Positions 25,665-37,984 of a stretch of DNA of 64,000 nt are shown in pieces (within the stretch, counting starts at the first letter, position 1; every line of letters begins with the position of its first letter). Below the pieces are notes generated by a model, which was given only the letters and a program-made list of their open reading frames with translations, was not told the DNA's origin and searched no databases. The translations under genes were made by a program, and so were the position numbers. Source of the stretch: Rhizodiscina lignyota (Eukaryota); the NCBI GenBank assembly GCA_010015805.1, contig ML978124.1, forward strand, positions 248,001 to 312,000, in the 5' to 3' direction.

Positions 25665-26087
25665 GTTTGAGAATGATGCCGAGGTGAACGACCACTACTC
25701 GAGCTTGGAGAAGTTATTCTGAACGTCTCAATTGGGATGTAAAGTAAGCACTGCGGCCAAGGCGATACGAAGCCATAGACACACGGATAGAGAGATGAAG
25801 GCGTATTGGAATTGAACGGCTTACGGATGAATAGAAGAAGTCCTTCTCTATGTTGCGGCGGAGTTAGCTTTCACATACTCTCTGATCTGGGCGTATGCAT
25901 AGAAATTGGTCGAATATCCGGGAATAAAACATGCATCATCACGTGCACTGCTATTCTTTCATAATGAAGCAAGAGTCTCGGGATACAGGCTGAGGATTGG
26001 GCGGAGCTAGAACTGGTGGATGCTGAATGAGGTGACGGGTGTGATGAGTAGGCTGACGCTGACTCACGCTGTGGCGGAAAGGTTGAG

Positions 26088-28558
26088 CTAGAAGGTTACT
26101 TCATACTTGTGGCCTTCCTCCGTTTGTATTTCATCGCTCGACGTTGTACCGTTGATCTTGAAATCTCTTCCATCCTGCACTCGAAGACGCAGAGGATTTC
26201 CTTTAATTGATGTGAGCGTGGCCTCCGTAACCATGCCGTCTTTCCAGGCCATGTCTACCAGGAACCCCCCTCTGGCAACGAAACCCTTCGCGCTGCCCGT
26301 TGCAATTCCAGTCGTTGGCAATGCAGGACCCAGATGGACAACACCCGCGTGACTCTGCAGTAACATCTCGGTGATGGCACTAACAAGGCCAAGATTGCCA
26401 TCAATCTGGAAGTATGACCCGTTCCGCCCGAGCAGAGTTTCAAACATCCATTCAGTGATCATGTCGCAAGCCCAATGGAGCGCGTTGGCTGCGTCGAACA
26501 ATCGTGCGTAGAGAGCGCTGGCCCATACTGCACTCCAGCCTGTGCTGCCACTGCCGTTTTGAATACGTTGCTGAAGCAAAGTGTAGGCGGCATCTGAAGC
26601 CGTCCTGTTTGTAAGCGGTGATATCCATGTTCCTGGATGCACGCACAAGAGCGGCGAGAAATGGCGATGTCCAACATCGGTTTCGTTAAACTCTTTAGAC
26701 CACTCGAGGAGCTGACCCAGGCTGCCAATGGCTGGTGGTTCGATCTTGGAAAGGAACTCCGTTGCCTCGGCCACTCCGTCTGTAGATTTCACGGCATTCG
26801 ACAGCTCTATGAAGCCAGACATTACCTGATGCATGATACCGCGGTCAACCATTACCCCGTCGTCAAGCCCTGTGGTATTTCCGGCAACAGTCATATACTT
26901 GGGTATGACATATTCATTTTCGGGAGAAGATCCAGGATTTGTGACATAATAGCCGTCTTTTAACGTAGTGTAGCTTCGGATGAAGGCAACGGCATCTTTC
27001 AAAATCGGCAGTGCGACATTCGCGGCAAATTCGGTATCCCCAGTGAAGCGATAGTGCTCTATGAGCTCAAAAGATAGCCAAGCTCCACCGAGTGGGAAGG
27101 GACTGAAACTGGTACTCGCGTGGTACGGAACACAATCTGCTGTAATATCTGTGTTGTGGTGGCAGCACCAACCAGTTGCATTATACTGAAAGATGGACAT
27201 TAATATGTTGTCAACATTTATCCACAGGACGCTTACCATTGTCTTGGCTACGTGAGTCCCGGTCACGCGGAGTCTGTCCAGCAGGTCGTAGATGGGATTG
27301 GCGATTTCCGGAAGATTGTTCGGTTGCGCAAGCCAGTAGTTCATCTCGAGATTGATGTTAAGGGTCCACTTGCTGTCCCAGGGCGGTATATAGTCTTTGT
27401 TCCATATTCCCTGAAGATTTGCTGGGAGTGTTCCTGGCCGTGAGGAAGAGATGAGCAAGTACTTGCCCATGTTGAAGCCGAGAGTGAGGAGTTCTGGATC
27501 TGCGGTGACATTTGTGCCGTTCTGCCAATCACTGATGCGGGTCGCTGTATCTTTTAGCCCTTCAGCTCCGGAGTTGCCCAGATCGATAGAAGACCTGGCA
27601 TAGAATGACTGATAGTCACTTGTTGCCTGGGATGAAATGCCAGCCCAGCCCGAGCCAACAGCAGATTCCAATCTGGAAGCGACCACCTGCTCATACTCAG
27701 CAGTGCCATTGGGGTATCGCCATGAGGTCTCTGCGTCATAGAATATGATGACCTCATTGGCCCCAGAGATGCTAAGTGCGGTCCCATTCGAAGACACAGT
27801 ACCAATACCTACGAAGCCAGTTAGACTTCCGTTGATCTCTTGCTATATCAATTGTACTCGCCTCCAGAAAGGACAAGACGCGCCTGAGAAGTGTAGTGAA
27901 TGGATGTGTCGTCCCTACTCACGCCTTTCAACGTCAGGGTCAAACTCTTTGCATCAGCTGCAATAGTAGTGACATTTTGGTCCCTTGTCAAAGCTGCCTT
28001 GAATATGAGGGATTTTGGCTTGCTCGTTGACAATCGAAAGGCGAGGACGTTTGTCGGAGCATTAGCTATCGCCTCTCGTTTATAAGCAATATTGTCATAT
28101 TTATATGAAACAGTCGACAAGCCGGTAGATATGTCAAGGGTCCGGTTGTATTTGGAGGTCGAGTTGACTGGATGTGGAAAGTCAAGACGCAATTCGCCCG
28201 CGGGGAGATAAGCGCGCATATCTGAAGGCGTTCCGGTGAAATGCCAGATCCAATTGTTGTCTGCATTCGTGCGACTGCCGTTCAAGATTTCTTCTCGCAA
28301 GGACGGGAGATTTGGCAAAGCCTCAGCATTGACGCGGTCGCGAGGCCCGCCGCTCCAAATGGAGTCTTCATTCAAACGGATAAGCTCTTGATCGGTATAG
28401 CCATGCAGCATCGCTCCAAGACGCCCATTTCCGACGGCCAGGGCCGAATAGAAATCAGTATCTGCCGGGCGTGGGTACCATAGCAATGACGAAGCTTGTG
28501 TGGCTGCAATTGCATAACGGATGAAGGAGCCTTGGAACAGCAGAGGCAGGACTCTCAT
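26088..28558 (-). CDS. Secreted GH95 alpha-L-fucosidase/alpha-L-galactosidase
   Basis: L.VGNGRLGAM, LNEDSIWSGG, YLLISSSRPG.LPANLQGIW, NINLEMNYW, HHNTD, SPEN, HRHFS, FQIDGN.G, EMLLQSH. Introns near 27810-27860 and 27186-27236. Confidence 0.94.
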
Positions 28559-29095
28559 GATTCGAAGCGAGCGACAACAGGCTTTGAGATGACAATTATA
28601 ACGTGATTAGGATGAAAACCCATCTTGGAACGAAGAAACGCGTCCAAAATATAATAAAACGCGTCGTGGACTTGCTTTCACGTCTCGTTCTCCGGGTCTC
28701 TTGCAACGAGAGCTCGCCTGAAGAACCATGTTTCTCCCCGCATTGTTCCTGACAATCCGCATGTCGTCAGATCGCTTGCGGAAGATGTAGCCTTTAACGT
28801 TATATAAATATAGTGCAGGAATTGGGAAAGGCAACTTCGGTAGTAGAAAGTAGTGTGATTGAGGAATGATCGGCGCCGTTACGGTGGAAAGTAGGCAAAT
28901 GTGCGGAGAAAATTGCCTCATCCTTGCCCGACGCCACCTCGTATTTGAGGTCGAGGTTTTCGAGATGCAACAATGGATTCATTTATGTCCTTTCTGGCTT
29001 GCTGGATAGCGGATAAAATTGATTGTGGCATTAAGTCTCCTGTGTAACGATTACAATACTAAGAACAAGGTTGTAAGCGTCGCTATCCGCCATAA

Positions 29096-30283
29096 TTATT
29101 CCTTATATCCACTTCCGCTGCTGCCCACCGGTTGGATCAATGAGTAACTCATACTGCTGTTAACCTCTTGCACACCTGTTCCCAAGAACAGTGGCACCAT
29201 CTTGCCATCTTCGCTGAAGTACAGATTAGGTCGCTCACGCCTGTAATAGTTTGTGCTGCTCCCGTCCGTGAAATCTACCAATGTACTGAAAGCTAACGTG
29301 TTATTGTTGAAGTGCCACGGTCCGTCTATATCCTTCGAGTACGCATGCCTGCCGACATTCGGCCCACTGCCGAATCCTCCAAGTGGCTCCAAGGAATGCG
29401 AGAGCATATGGTAGTGGCCACGTTTGTCGCGCCAGATGAAAGGGTCCTCGTTGGGATTGGGGAAGATAGGATTCTTTTCAAGTTTATGATACGGCCCCAG
29501 AAAGTGTGGCGCTTCAGCAAGATTGATTTGCTCTGAGCCGGAGCAATTGTAAGGGCAACCGCGATAAGCGAGGAGTATTGTATCGGTGTGATCGTTGCTA
29601 GAATAGAGCGGCAATGGTGAAGGATTGGTCAAATCTGCATCCCAATTCCCTCCATTGTCGCCTTTAAATATCTGACCGTGGGAAGTCCAAGTATACAGGT
29701 CTGGAGATGACCATAGCGATATCCCACTTTCTCCGTTGATAAAATTACCAGGGCCGCAAGTGAATTCTGGCGGAGTACAAGTGGCGGGGAGATTCTGATG
29801 ACACCCAATTCCATAGATTAGATAGAGCTTGTCGGCTGGACTCCACACTACAGATGGATTATGCGCGAACGATGGTGCTACTTGCGCAGCAAATTCGTAA
29901 GGACCTTCGGGGCCGTGCCGTGATTCAGCGCGAATGATGCGGCTGAAAGGAGACCAGAAGTCGAGGCCACATCCGTCTTGGAATTCGGACACGAACAGAT
30001 GCCACAGCGATTTGTCTTTGGGGTCGTGCTTGATTACATTGCACCACGAGGACGTTCCTGAGGCTGTCTTGTTGTAGCCAGTGCCTCTAGTTGCCGGCTT
30101 TAGATCGAGCTTTCCGCAATCCGCTGCCGTCCATCCTGGATCGCATGTACAGGTCTTATGATGGGTATCACAGACCCCGTTCAGACTGCAATCTTCATTT
30201 GACTTGCATGCATTAACAGCGTAGACGAGGGAAGAGGCAAGGATCGGGAAAATCGGCAGAACTGAAGAATAAGAGATCCTCAT
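29096..30283 (-). CDS. Secreted protein: EGF-like domain plus five-bladed beta-propeller glycoside-hydrolase-like domain
   Basis: Signal peptide; CSLNGVC...CTCDPGWT..DC EGF-like motif; propeller motifs AHNP, TNPSP, EDPFIWRD, RERP. Intronless, 395 aa. Confidence 0.75.
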   Translation of the reverse strand: MRISYSSVLPIFPILASSLVYAVNACKSNEDCSLNGVCDTHHKTCTCDPGWTAADCGKLDLKPATRGTGYNKTASGTSSWCNVIKHDPKDKSLWHLFVSEFQDGCGLDFWSPFSRIIRAESRHGPEGPYEFAAQVAPSFAHNPSVVWSPADKLYLIYGIGCHQNLPATCTPPEFTCGPGNFINGESGISLWSSPDLYTWTSHGQIFKGDNGGNWDADLTNPSPLPLYSSNDHTDTILLAYRGCPYNCSGSEQINLAEAPHFLGPYHKLEKNPIFPNPNEDPFIWRDKRGHYHMLSHSLEPLGGFGSGPNVGRHAYSKDIDGPWHFNNNTLAFSTLVDFTDGSSTNYYRRERPNLYFSEDGKMVPLFLGTGVQEVNSSMSYSLIQPVGSSGSGYKE

Positions 30284-30983
30284 CGTGAAGCTTCAAGCGA
30301 GAATGCGCGAACGCGACTGAATTCCACCGAAGAGATTAGAGAATATATACCGCATAATACCTACCACCAGAATCCGGATAAATCTACTCGCGCTACGCAG
30401 TTTCATGCAACAAATATGATCAGCAATCGCCTTTTACAGTTGGAATCCACACCACAAAGCGGGGTCCCTCGGGCACATATCCCACTGCAATCCGAACATG
30501 GCAGGAACCAAAGTTTTGGATGAGGCTTCTCTGGAAAGCAAGAAGTATACGAGAGGTTCAATTGCTGCGCGGGGTATTGAATACTACCGTAGATCAGGAA
30601 CAGGCTTGAGGCTGCTTGCATAGGTACGAGACGATGATACCTCACTAAACCCGGCAGATCGGACTCTAAGCTTTAATGAGCAAGTGATCCTCAATGCTTT
30701 AGAAGTTCAAACTTTCCGGTTGGCGAAATTAGCAGAGAGGATGTATAAATTTATTCATATATGCCCAAAGTAGGAGAAATGAAGTTGAGTTAAGAAGAGA
30801 AGAGAAAATAAGGCTATCTTATGTGAGGCACGGCGCATTTTCGGTGGCGATCGAGCACAGACATTTACCCCTTGGATAACCTCATGTTGCACTATGGAAA
30901 GATAACTAATCTTCAGGAACTAGGTACTCCATACACCTTGCTTGCCAGCTTTTGCATTGTAACGTCCTCGATTCTCCTCTCTC

Positions 30984-32513
30984 TCAAAGCCAACCGATTC
31001 TCTTCGCGCCAAATCCAAAACAGCCACCTAAAGCGACGCAGGTGCCTGTAAAGATGATCAAGTTGACATAGTCGCTATCGTATCCCGTTGTTGCATCGTC
31101 TGCAGCATCCATCCTCTTCAGCAGAGCTTCACTGAGAGGTCCGCTCACCACGCTTCCAATGCCTCTTCCCGCGGACAACAAGCCCATCAGCAAGCCAAAC
31201 TCAGCGCCTGGACATTGTCGGCGGACCTCTTTCATAACTCCAGTATACATTGTTGTATACGGGAACGCAAAGAAGCCGTATGCTGCGCTAAAGACTAACA
31301 GCAAGGGGACGCTCACAGAGAACCCCCATAGGAAGAAGACGGACAATGCCGATCCTAATGCGAAGACGACCTGAACCGTTGCGACGTGCAGACGATCGAT
31401 CAGCAGACCAGCGGATATACAACCGAATACTCCCATCGAGTTCAATAAGGCAATAGTCGCAGTAGTGGCCGATTTGCTCATACCCAGACTATGTGCGTAG
31501 GATGGCAAATAGATACCCGGGATGAAATAGCCCATACCTTGAAAGATGTTCTGGATCTGGAATATGATGAAGGCGGGCGTGAGGACAAATCGCCAGTCGA
31601 AGCGGCGCATGGTAGTCTCCGATGAAGACAACGTAAGCGGAATGCGAGGCTTGACGAGAAGCATCATTGGTGCGAGGAAAACGAAACAAGCTACTCCCCA
31701 TGCGCGAAGAATCGTTCGGAATCCATATCGGTCAAGGCCCCAAGCCAGGAAGTACGGGATGAATATGCCAGATGCGCCGGTACCAGCCTAAATTTAAATG
31801 TAAGTCTGTGCGTTCTTCCTCGATTGCTCGGCGGTTATTCCGTACCCACATCACACCGAACGCCAGTCCTTTTCTCTGAACGAACCACTCGTGAAGGAAT
31901 AGCAAGATGGGATCGTAGAGGAGCATGGCACCAACTGCATACCCCACACCTTGTGTCAAGATCAACTGCCACACTGCTTGCGAGAACGATGATGCTATCA
32001 GTGACAGGCTCACAACGGCCACTCCAACGAAGCAGTTGTAGCGTCGATGAGAAGGCCACCGCTGCAAGTACACAAAGTGAATGGCAGGGAAAAGGAACAT
32101 CATGCCCTGCTCTACGTCAGGCCACGCAATTGACAGGAGGCCGCGTTAGCTTACCAAGGCAGTAGTACCGATGGCAGCAACTCCAGACGGTTTTGACACG
32201 AACGGCTCATGAGTGCTGTAATATTCTTGCAATATTCCATATGAAAATGGAAACCCTGTTCATGTAATTCAGTCGACTGCTGCTTGACTGGCTACCTTTC
32301 TGCTCCCCGAGACTTCAGAATTGGATAAAACTTACCCCATATAAAGCACTCGACGAAGAAGCATGTCATCAAGAAAAGCCAAGCAGCTTTCCCCCGATCC
32401 GCAGGCGGGAGAGAGAATTCCTGTCGAGGCTGCTCGGTATGCCATGTTGGATTATCGATGAATTGTAATTCGATGGGTGCTTCATTAGCGATGCCGGTCT
32501 CTGATGATGCCAT
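30984..32513 (-). CDS. MFS monocarboxylate transporter-like (Mch/MCT)
   Basis: LPPADRGKAAWLFL, WQLILTQG..Y..G, EWF..RKGLAFG.MW, GYFIPGIYLPSYA, GRGIGSVVSGPLSEALL. Three introns inferred. Confidence 0.9.
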
Positions 32514-32984
32514 TGTGATATCCTGTCAATAATAAATACTTGGATTGAAGTTGCGACGGCAGCAAATCTGAGGAAGTAATCTTATATGGCAGGGCCATCA
32601 CGTTTTCTCCGCGTTCCAACTCCGCATATGGAGCTCTCCAACCAGTCGGAAAACTCCCATGACGTCGTACTCGGATCTCGGCAGCAATCAAAGGGCGTGC
32701 TATTCAAAATTTGACCGCAAGTGGAAAGGCAGTCCTTTATCGCGCAACAGACCCTTCCAAATGCAGGGTCGCATCTAAGACGCAGCTGTGGACATGCCAG
32801 GGCTTTGCAGGCGAGGTGAATTGAAATGTCCAGCGCACATGGTAAACCGAGAAGTCCTCTCGAAATTCCCCGTCAAGATTCAAAGTGCAAATGAATCGTT
32901 ACATGCACGTTTTCGAATTTGCCCTATCATAAGCCTCGTCTCTTTTGTCGTTAGGCACTGTCTCGTTCTAGAAGACTACATGAG

Positions 32985-34251
32985 TTACAGTATCCCACTC
33001 GCACCCCTAAATTTGCCAACAATACACTGTGTTACAAGTGGCTGATCCGTGAATGTCGTGCCATTGGCACCTTGAGTTTCTGCCGGTCTTTCTGTGATGA
33101 CATAGGTCGTGTCGAAACCTCCCGCAGCCCATGAGACCACCCCCTTGAATACATCACTATTTTGGCTGTAGGTCTACCGTTAGTAACAGATGAGATTCAG
33201 AGATGAACAGCAGGGCAGCTCACTTAATGAAGTCATTCTGTTCGCACAGAAGTTGCATGCAGCTGGCATCCGTTGGCCCTCCTCCGGTTTCTGTCAACAT
33301 CGCTACTCTGTTATTCGTGCGCAGGAAGTTCGCCAGTGGCATGAATGAATCATTGATATTGTTATCGACGCAATTCGCGTGCGTCCCGCTTCCATCGGAG
33401 TCCAGATACCTGTGCACATTGAACATCAGGTTTGTCGTACTCCCGTCTGGATTAGTTACGTTCAGCAGTGCTGGGCCTGATAATGTTGCAAAGGTCTGCG
33501 CTGAAGTAAAATTGGTCCCAGGGATGAGGATTTGCTGCGTTGTCGCGCCGGCGTTGCGGATAGCGGTAACAGCTGCTTGGCTGCTCTGTGCCCAGCGATT
33601 GATGTCGGGGATATCATGAGGCTCATTCATAATATCGAACGCAACATTGGAAACATTTGCGTATTTAGTTGCAAGCTGGGAGAGCAGGCTCGTGTACTGG
33701 GCGTCGGTGGGCCCTTGACCACTGGGATCCTGAGCAATGATCATGCCGTTGTAGCGAGCATAATTGTGACTTGTCTGAGTCAATTACCAGTTCATACACT
33801 TAATGCAAATGAGAGACACTTACATATCGATGATGCACATCTTCGCGACACCTGCACATCCCATGACTAACTTGTCGTACGCGGCTGCGTTTGTCGCGTC
33901 GAGGGGCCCTCCAAGTTGATTGTTCACCAAGTACTGCCAGGCAACGGGGAGTCGGAATGCATTGAGGCCGTCGTCCTGCACAAAATGCTGCATCTGTTGA
34001 ATACCGTCGCCTGTTGATGCAACATCGAAGGTTTGGGTGATGTCGCAAGTTCCGTCAATTTGACATCCGAAATCGAAACCAGCAATGTTAACACCAGCGA
34101 AAGCTACTTGTCCACTTGTAGTCGAAGTACTTGTCGACATCGGAGCTGGCGCTGGTGTCGTTGGTGCTTGCGGCAATGCAAAGGGATTCGGAAATGGGTA
34201 CGGATGAGCGACGACGCAGCCGGCTGCGGCCAGTAGGAAAGCTAAGAGCAT
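32985..34251 (-). CDS. Secreted GH5 (subfamily 5) endo-beta-1,4-glucanase, no CBM1
   Basis: Signal peptide. GVNIAGFDFGC, FRLPV.WQYL, IDIHNYAR (after intron 33770-33823), MNEPHD (acid/base Glu), VHRYLDSD.SGTH, LTETGGG (nucleophile). Last exon SWAAGGFD...SGIL*. Confidence 0.93.
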
Positions 34252-36799
34252 TTTCACGGTGCTGAGGTTGATGTGATAAAATATTGACTGAAAATGATTA
34301 CAAGAAAACTGAAAGGCAATAGAAAGTGAGGAACGAACAGTAGTTTCGAATGAGCGTGTGCCGAACAGGCAAAAGAGAGCAACGAACGACACATTGCTGT
34401 AAGGATCCAGAGAAAGCAGTGTTTAAAGAGAACGGTGGAGAAGGGCATGCACATAATGAAAGCATTGACAAATTTGAGGGCCCATCATGCTATCAATGTC
34501 ACTTTGTCAAAACCGAGACGTCGAGAATCTCAAGATGAAACGTTCACCAGCAGAGCCGCAAGACAGAATGGAAACAACGATCGAATGAGAAGCTGAACTG
34601 GTTTAAGACGCAAACATCTATCAAATCAGTTCGCGTCACTTTAACCAGAGGCACGTCTTGTGACAACATAGCGATTGCGCTCAGTCCTGGGATATTGTCA
34701 ATGAAAGATGAGCGCAACGGTTGTCGCATCCCTCTGGAATAGTCGCATGATTGCATTACACACACAGCGACAGCATGGCGGTTCAGGAGAGAAAGATCGA
34801 ATGACATAGAACTAACGCGCTTCTGAATTTGCGCATCCGTAAGGCGACTCCATTGCTTCCCGCCTAGTTTGAGAAGTGATTCTCGATTGATGAATCAATG
34901 GGTTTTATCGCTTCCATTTGCTGCTAGCGCTCATGCGGGAACTCTGGACGCGTTCATGCTATCCAGGGTGGTTGAAGTTCGCCATGAGGAACGCATGTTG
35001 AGAATGACAAAAAGATCAACGAGTCTAGGTCCTAGACAACTCTAGATCCAAACTGTTTGCTTAACTGTGTGGAGAACGTGAGAAGATTACTCGGTAGCCC
35101 GATGGGTTTCCGAAGGTCGTTGCGGAATCGCACTATTCCTCTTTTGACATGACTGCCGACGTCAATCGGGGGTCGTCTCCAGCACCATCAGCTCCTTAAG
35201 CCATGGCAGTGCCTTCTTCGATTAAGCGAACTTACTCTTGGCCATGTCTTTGAGATCAAGCCGAACGTAGTTATTAAAGACTTTCCAGCTGCTTAGGGAC
35301 GAGGCAGCTCTGAGGAAGAACTTCGCCGCGTCGAACTCTCCGTACTCAAATGTCGACCGTATAGGCCCAATTTTGAGCACCACGACCGCGCTTTACTGAA
35401 CTAGATCTACTCGTCAGTACCCGAGTATTCCATACACCACGGTATGAGGGCTGTTTCGCCATTGAAAGCCAGCAGCTAAGCCATGACCTGGGGAACGATA
35501 GGACGGGACGAGATCAGGGTTAGTGAACATACAAATCACAACGAAGAACAACTGCTGATATTCGTCAAGCCCTTACCCATCGCAGCGTCTCGCGACTTCT
35601 ATCCAATACCACATATGCCCCGTCCACAAGTAAAGGAGCCCAGCACCGTCTCAACAGAAGGGTCTGAATATTGCTGTTCGGACAAGACAATTAGAGATGT
35701 TGGCTGGTAGTTCTGACTATCGAGCAATGATCTTCTTTCATAGGAGAGCGTTTACATATGCCGTTTGCGGTGCTTGACATATAACGGACGTGTATTTGCC
35801 GAACTCTAAAAGGATGATCATGCTATGTTGACGATCATAATCTCGTTGCACTTCTGTCTGGGCTTCTTTGGGGTTTCAGCTGGTAGAGAGATCCAGCAGT
35901 ACAATCAAGCGCTTGAAGAGAAGGGCGTAGGCAATGAAGACCATGGGAGTCTGGTCCACGCTCTACGACGGGCCACGAAACATACCAGCCCTCGTGATGC
36001 CACTTCGTTCCGTCAGAGTGCTAGACGACATGACGATTTCCCTTGGGCGTACCGTTGAAGGATTGCTAATGTTGATTTCTAGAACCACTCAGCATCCACG
36101 CTCCGAAGCGAAAGCTCTTCTCATCCGCAATATTCAGTCCAGACTACTGCTGCTACGACATGACATGACAGCTGAACAGTATCCGATTATGCATTTGGCG
36201 ACGCTCGAGGGTCTAGGTCTTCCGCAGGTGCCGGTACTGCGAAAACGTTTGCGAAAACCTATCGACACAGATGAGTCTGCCGTTGCAGCGCGACGCCGAA
36301 AGTCTGCATAACTCCAGTCGTCTCGGTCATCCTATACAATGATAGTGTTCTTGTCGGAAGGCCAACGCCCAAGTATGCTTACCATAGCGACTTCAATAAA
36401 AGAGTCCTTCCGGTACGGACAAAGGATAATTGGGAACGTCGCCAGCATATTTGGGTTTTGTTCCGAGATAAGCTTCCTTCGAAGCAGCAGGCACGAGCCG
36501 TGGTGGAGACAAGATAAAAAAAATTCTGCTGTTGAGAATCCCAGGTTGGCGTTTGGAAGCCTTCGAAGATAACGTCGAGCGTGGTTGAGTGGAATGTTGG
36601 ATGATTGAGAAGGAAGACATAATCAATGAGTTCTGTGCTTTGTATGAAGAGTTTTGTACGCGCGAATGGGGAGCGCAACAAGAGTGCTTGGAGTTGAAAG
36701 GGTGTGTTGAAGAGAATATGGCGAAAGGAGAACAAATAACCGTGGCTGGGTGGGGTGTGTGGTGCTATTTTTCATGATGACTATATAATCAAAACAAGT

Positions 36800-37030
36800 T
36801 TTACCTACTATCGCCTTCGGGCATCGTGGGGTAATCGGTACAGAGATTAAACTGAAAAGAACGGGTACGGTTAACGTGTTACAGGGCGGTTCGATCCCCG
36901 AAGGGATCAAAATACTAACATTTAGGCGCTCAGTAACGGACAGCACCTTCTCGTGGTACTGGGTGTGAGTAATCTTAAAGATGAAACTAAGACTGTCCAT
37001 TATTTTTTGGCCTTTTTTTTTTTTAACTTT
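36800..37030 (+). other. Possible mitochondrial group I intron-derived fragment (NUMT) or other structured RNA remnant
   Basis: Hairpins GCC-TTCG-GGC and GATCCC-CGAA-GGGATC, GGACAG/CTGTCC pairing around nested stems, followed by a T-run. The resemblance to fungal mt intron cores is recalled, not searched. Confidence 0.4.
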
Positions 37031-37408
37031 TCTATCTAGCTGTTAATTACCCGTCGACAGGTTAAGGGAGCTCTGGGTGCTAAGTGCTAATCCTCTGTGC
37101 GCATTGGTGTACTTGAAAGAATTAAATTTTTACTTTCTAAGCTGGGCCTGACTGACAGGCCTCGTCTCTTTTTTATTTCTCGTTATCCTACGTGCATTCG
37201 TGTTGCTGCGAAGACCTTCAACGACCTCAGCAAAACAGACCTTCGACTGTTGTTGACCTCTCGTGCACACCGCGTGCGCGTTTCCCCACTACTCTCAACC
37301 TAAGTAATTTGTGGTTTCTTCTATCTACACTGAAACTCTGGACCGAACGTGTATTATTAAGTAGTATATCGTTTGCTAAGTACGCGCTAATCAAGGCGAA
37401 CAAATCAT

Positions 37409-37984
37409 TTGCCTTCTGGAAACAAAGCGACTGTCATAACCGGGCCGGATCTGATCACCCTTCTACCTCAACAATGGCTCGCTTTAATGACAAAATACTC
37501 TGAAATCGTATTCTCACGAACCACACTAGATCAAAAACTTCGTATTGTCCAAGAATTCCCGGCACGATATTATGTGGTTGTCATGACTGGCAATGGAGTC
37601 AATGATGCATCAAGTCTAAAACAGGCAGACATTCCGATTTCTCCGGCGCCTGGATCGGATATTGCCATCGAACCAGCAAACATGGTACTTTTGGGAACCT
37701 TCTCTGCCATTCTCGAGGCCGTTCTCTATGGTCGTGTCGTGTTCGACAACCTCGAGAAAACGATCGCGTATCTACGGTGTCCCTTTCGGCCTTCCTCAAG
37801 TCCTGTCATCACTCTGATTTTCACATTCTTTCCCAACATACAATATCTCGGTTGTGATAGAGTCCCTGCCGCGCATTGGTTCATGCGATTTGTACTTGAT
37901 ATGAGGCTGTTAAGCATTGAGGAGCTGCGGAAGACGGTCCAGCGGGGGTATCCTTAAGGAGGCATCGCCAGGATCGCTTGATAA
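37409..37984 (+). pseudogene. Decayed P-type cation ATPase (Na/K- or H/K-like) fragment
   Basis: EIVFSRTT.DQKLRIV, MTGNGVND..SLK.AD, GSDIAIE.A.MVLL, GR.VFDNL.KTIAYL, fused directly to a C-terminal-like E.RK...P*GGIARIA*. No N-terminal half, in-frame stops. Confidence 0.85.

Noticed and set aside
35000..36777. Short ORFs (35825, 35934, 36339, 36589)
   Set aside because: No coherent gene model or motif. May be decayed coding sequence but is not identifiable.
36888..36898. GGTTCGATCCC tRNA-like motif
   Set aside because: No cloverleaf; the bases are better explained by the GATCCC/GGGATC hairpin.
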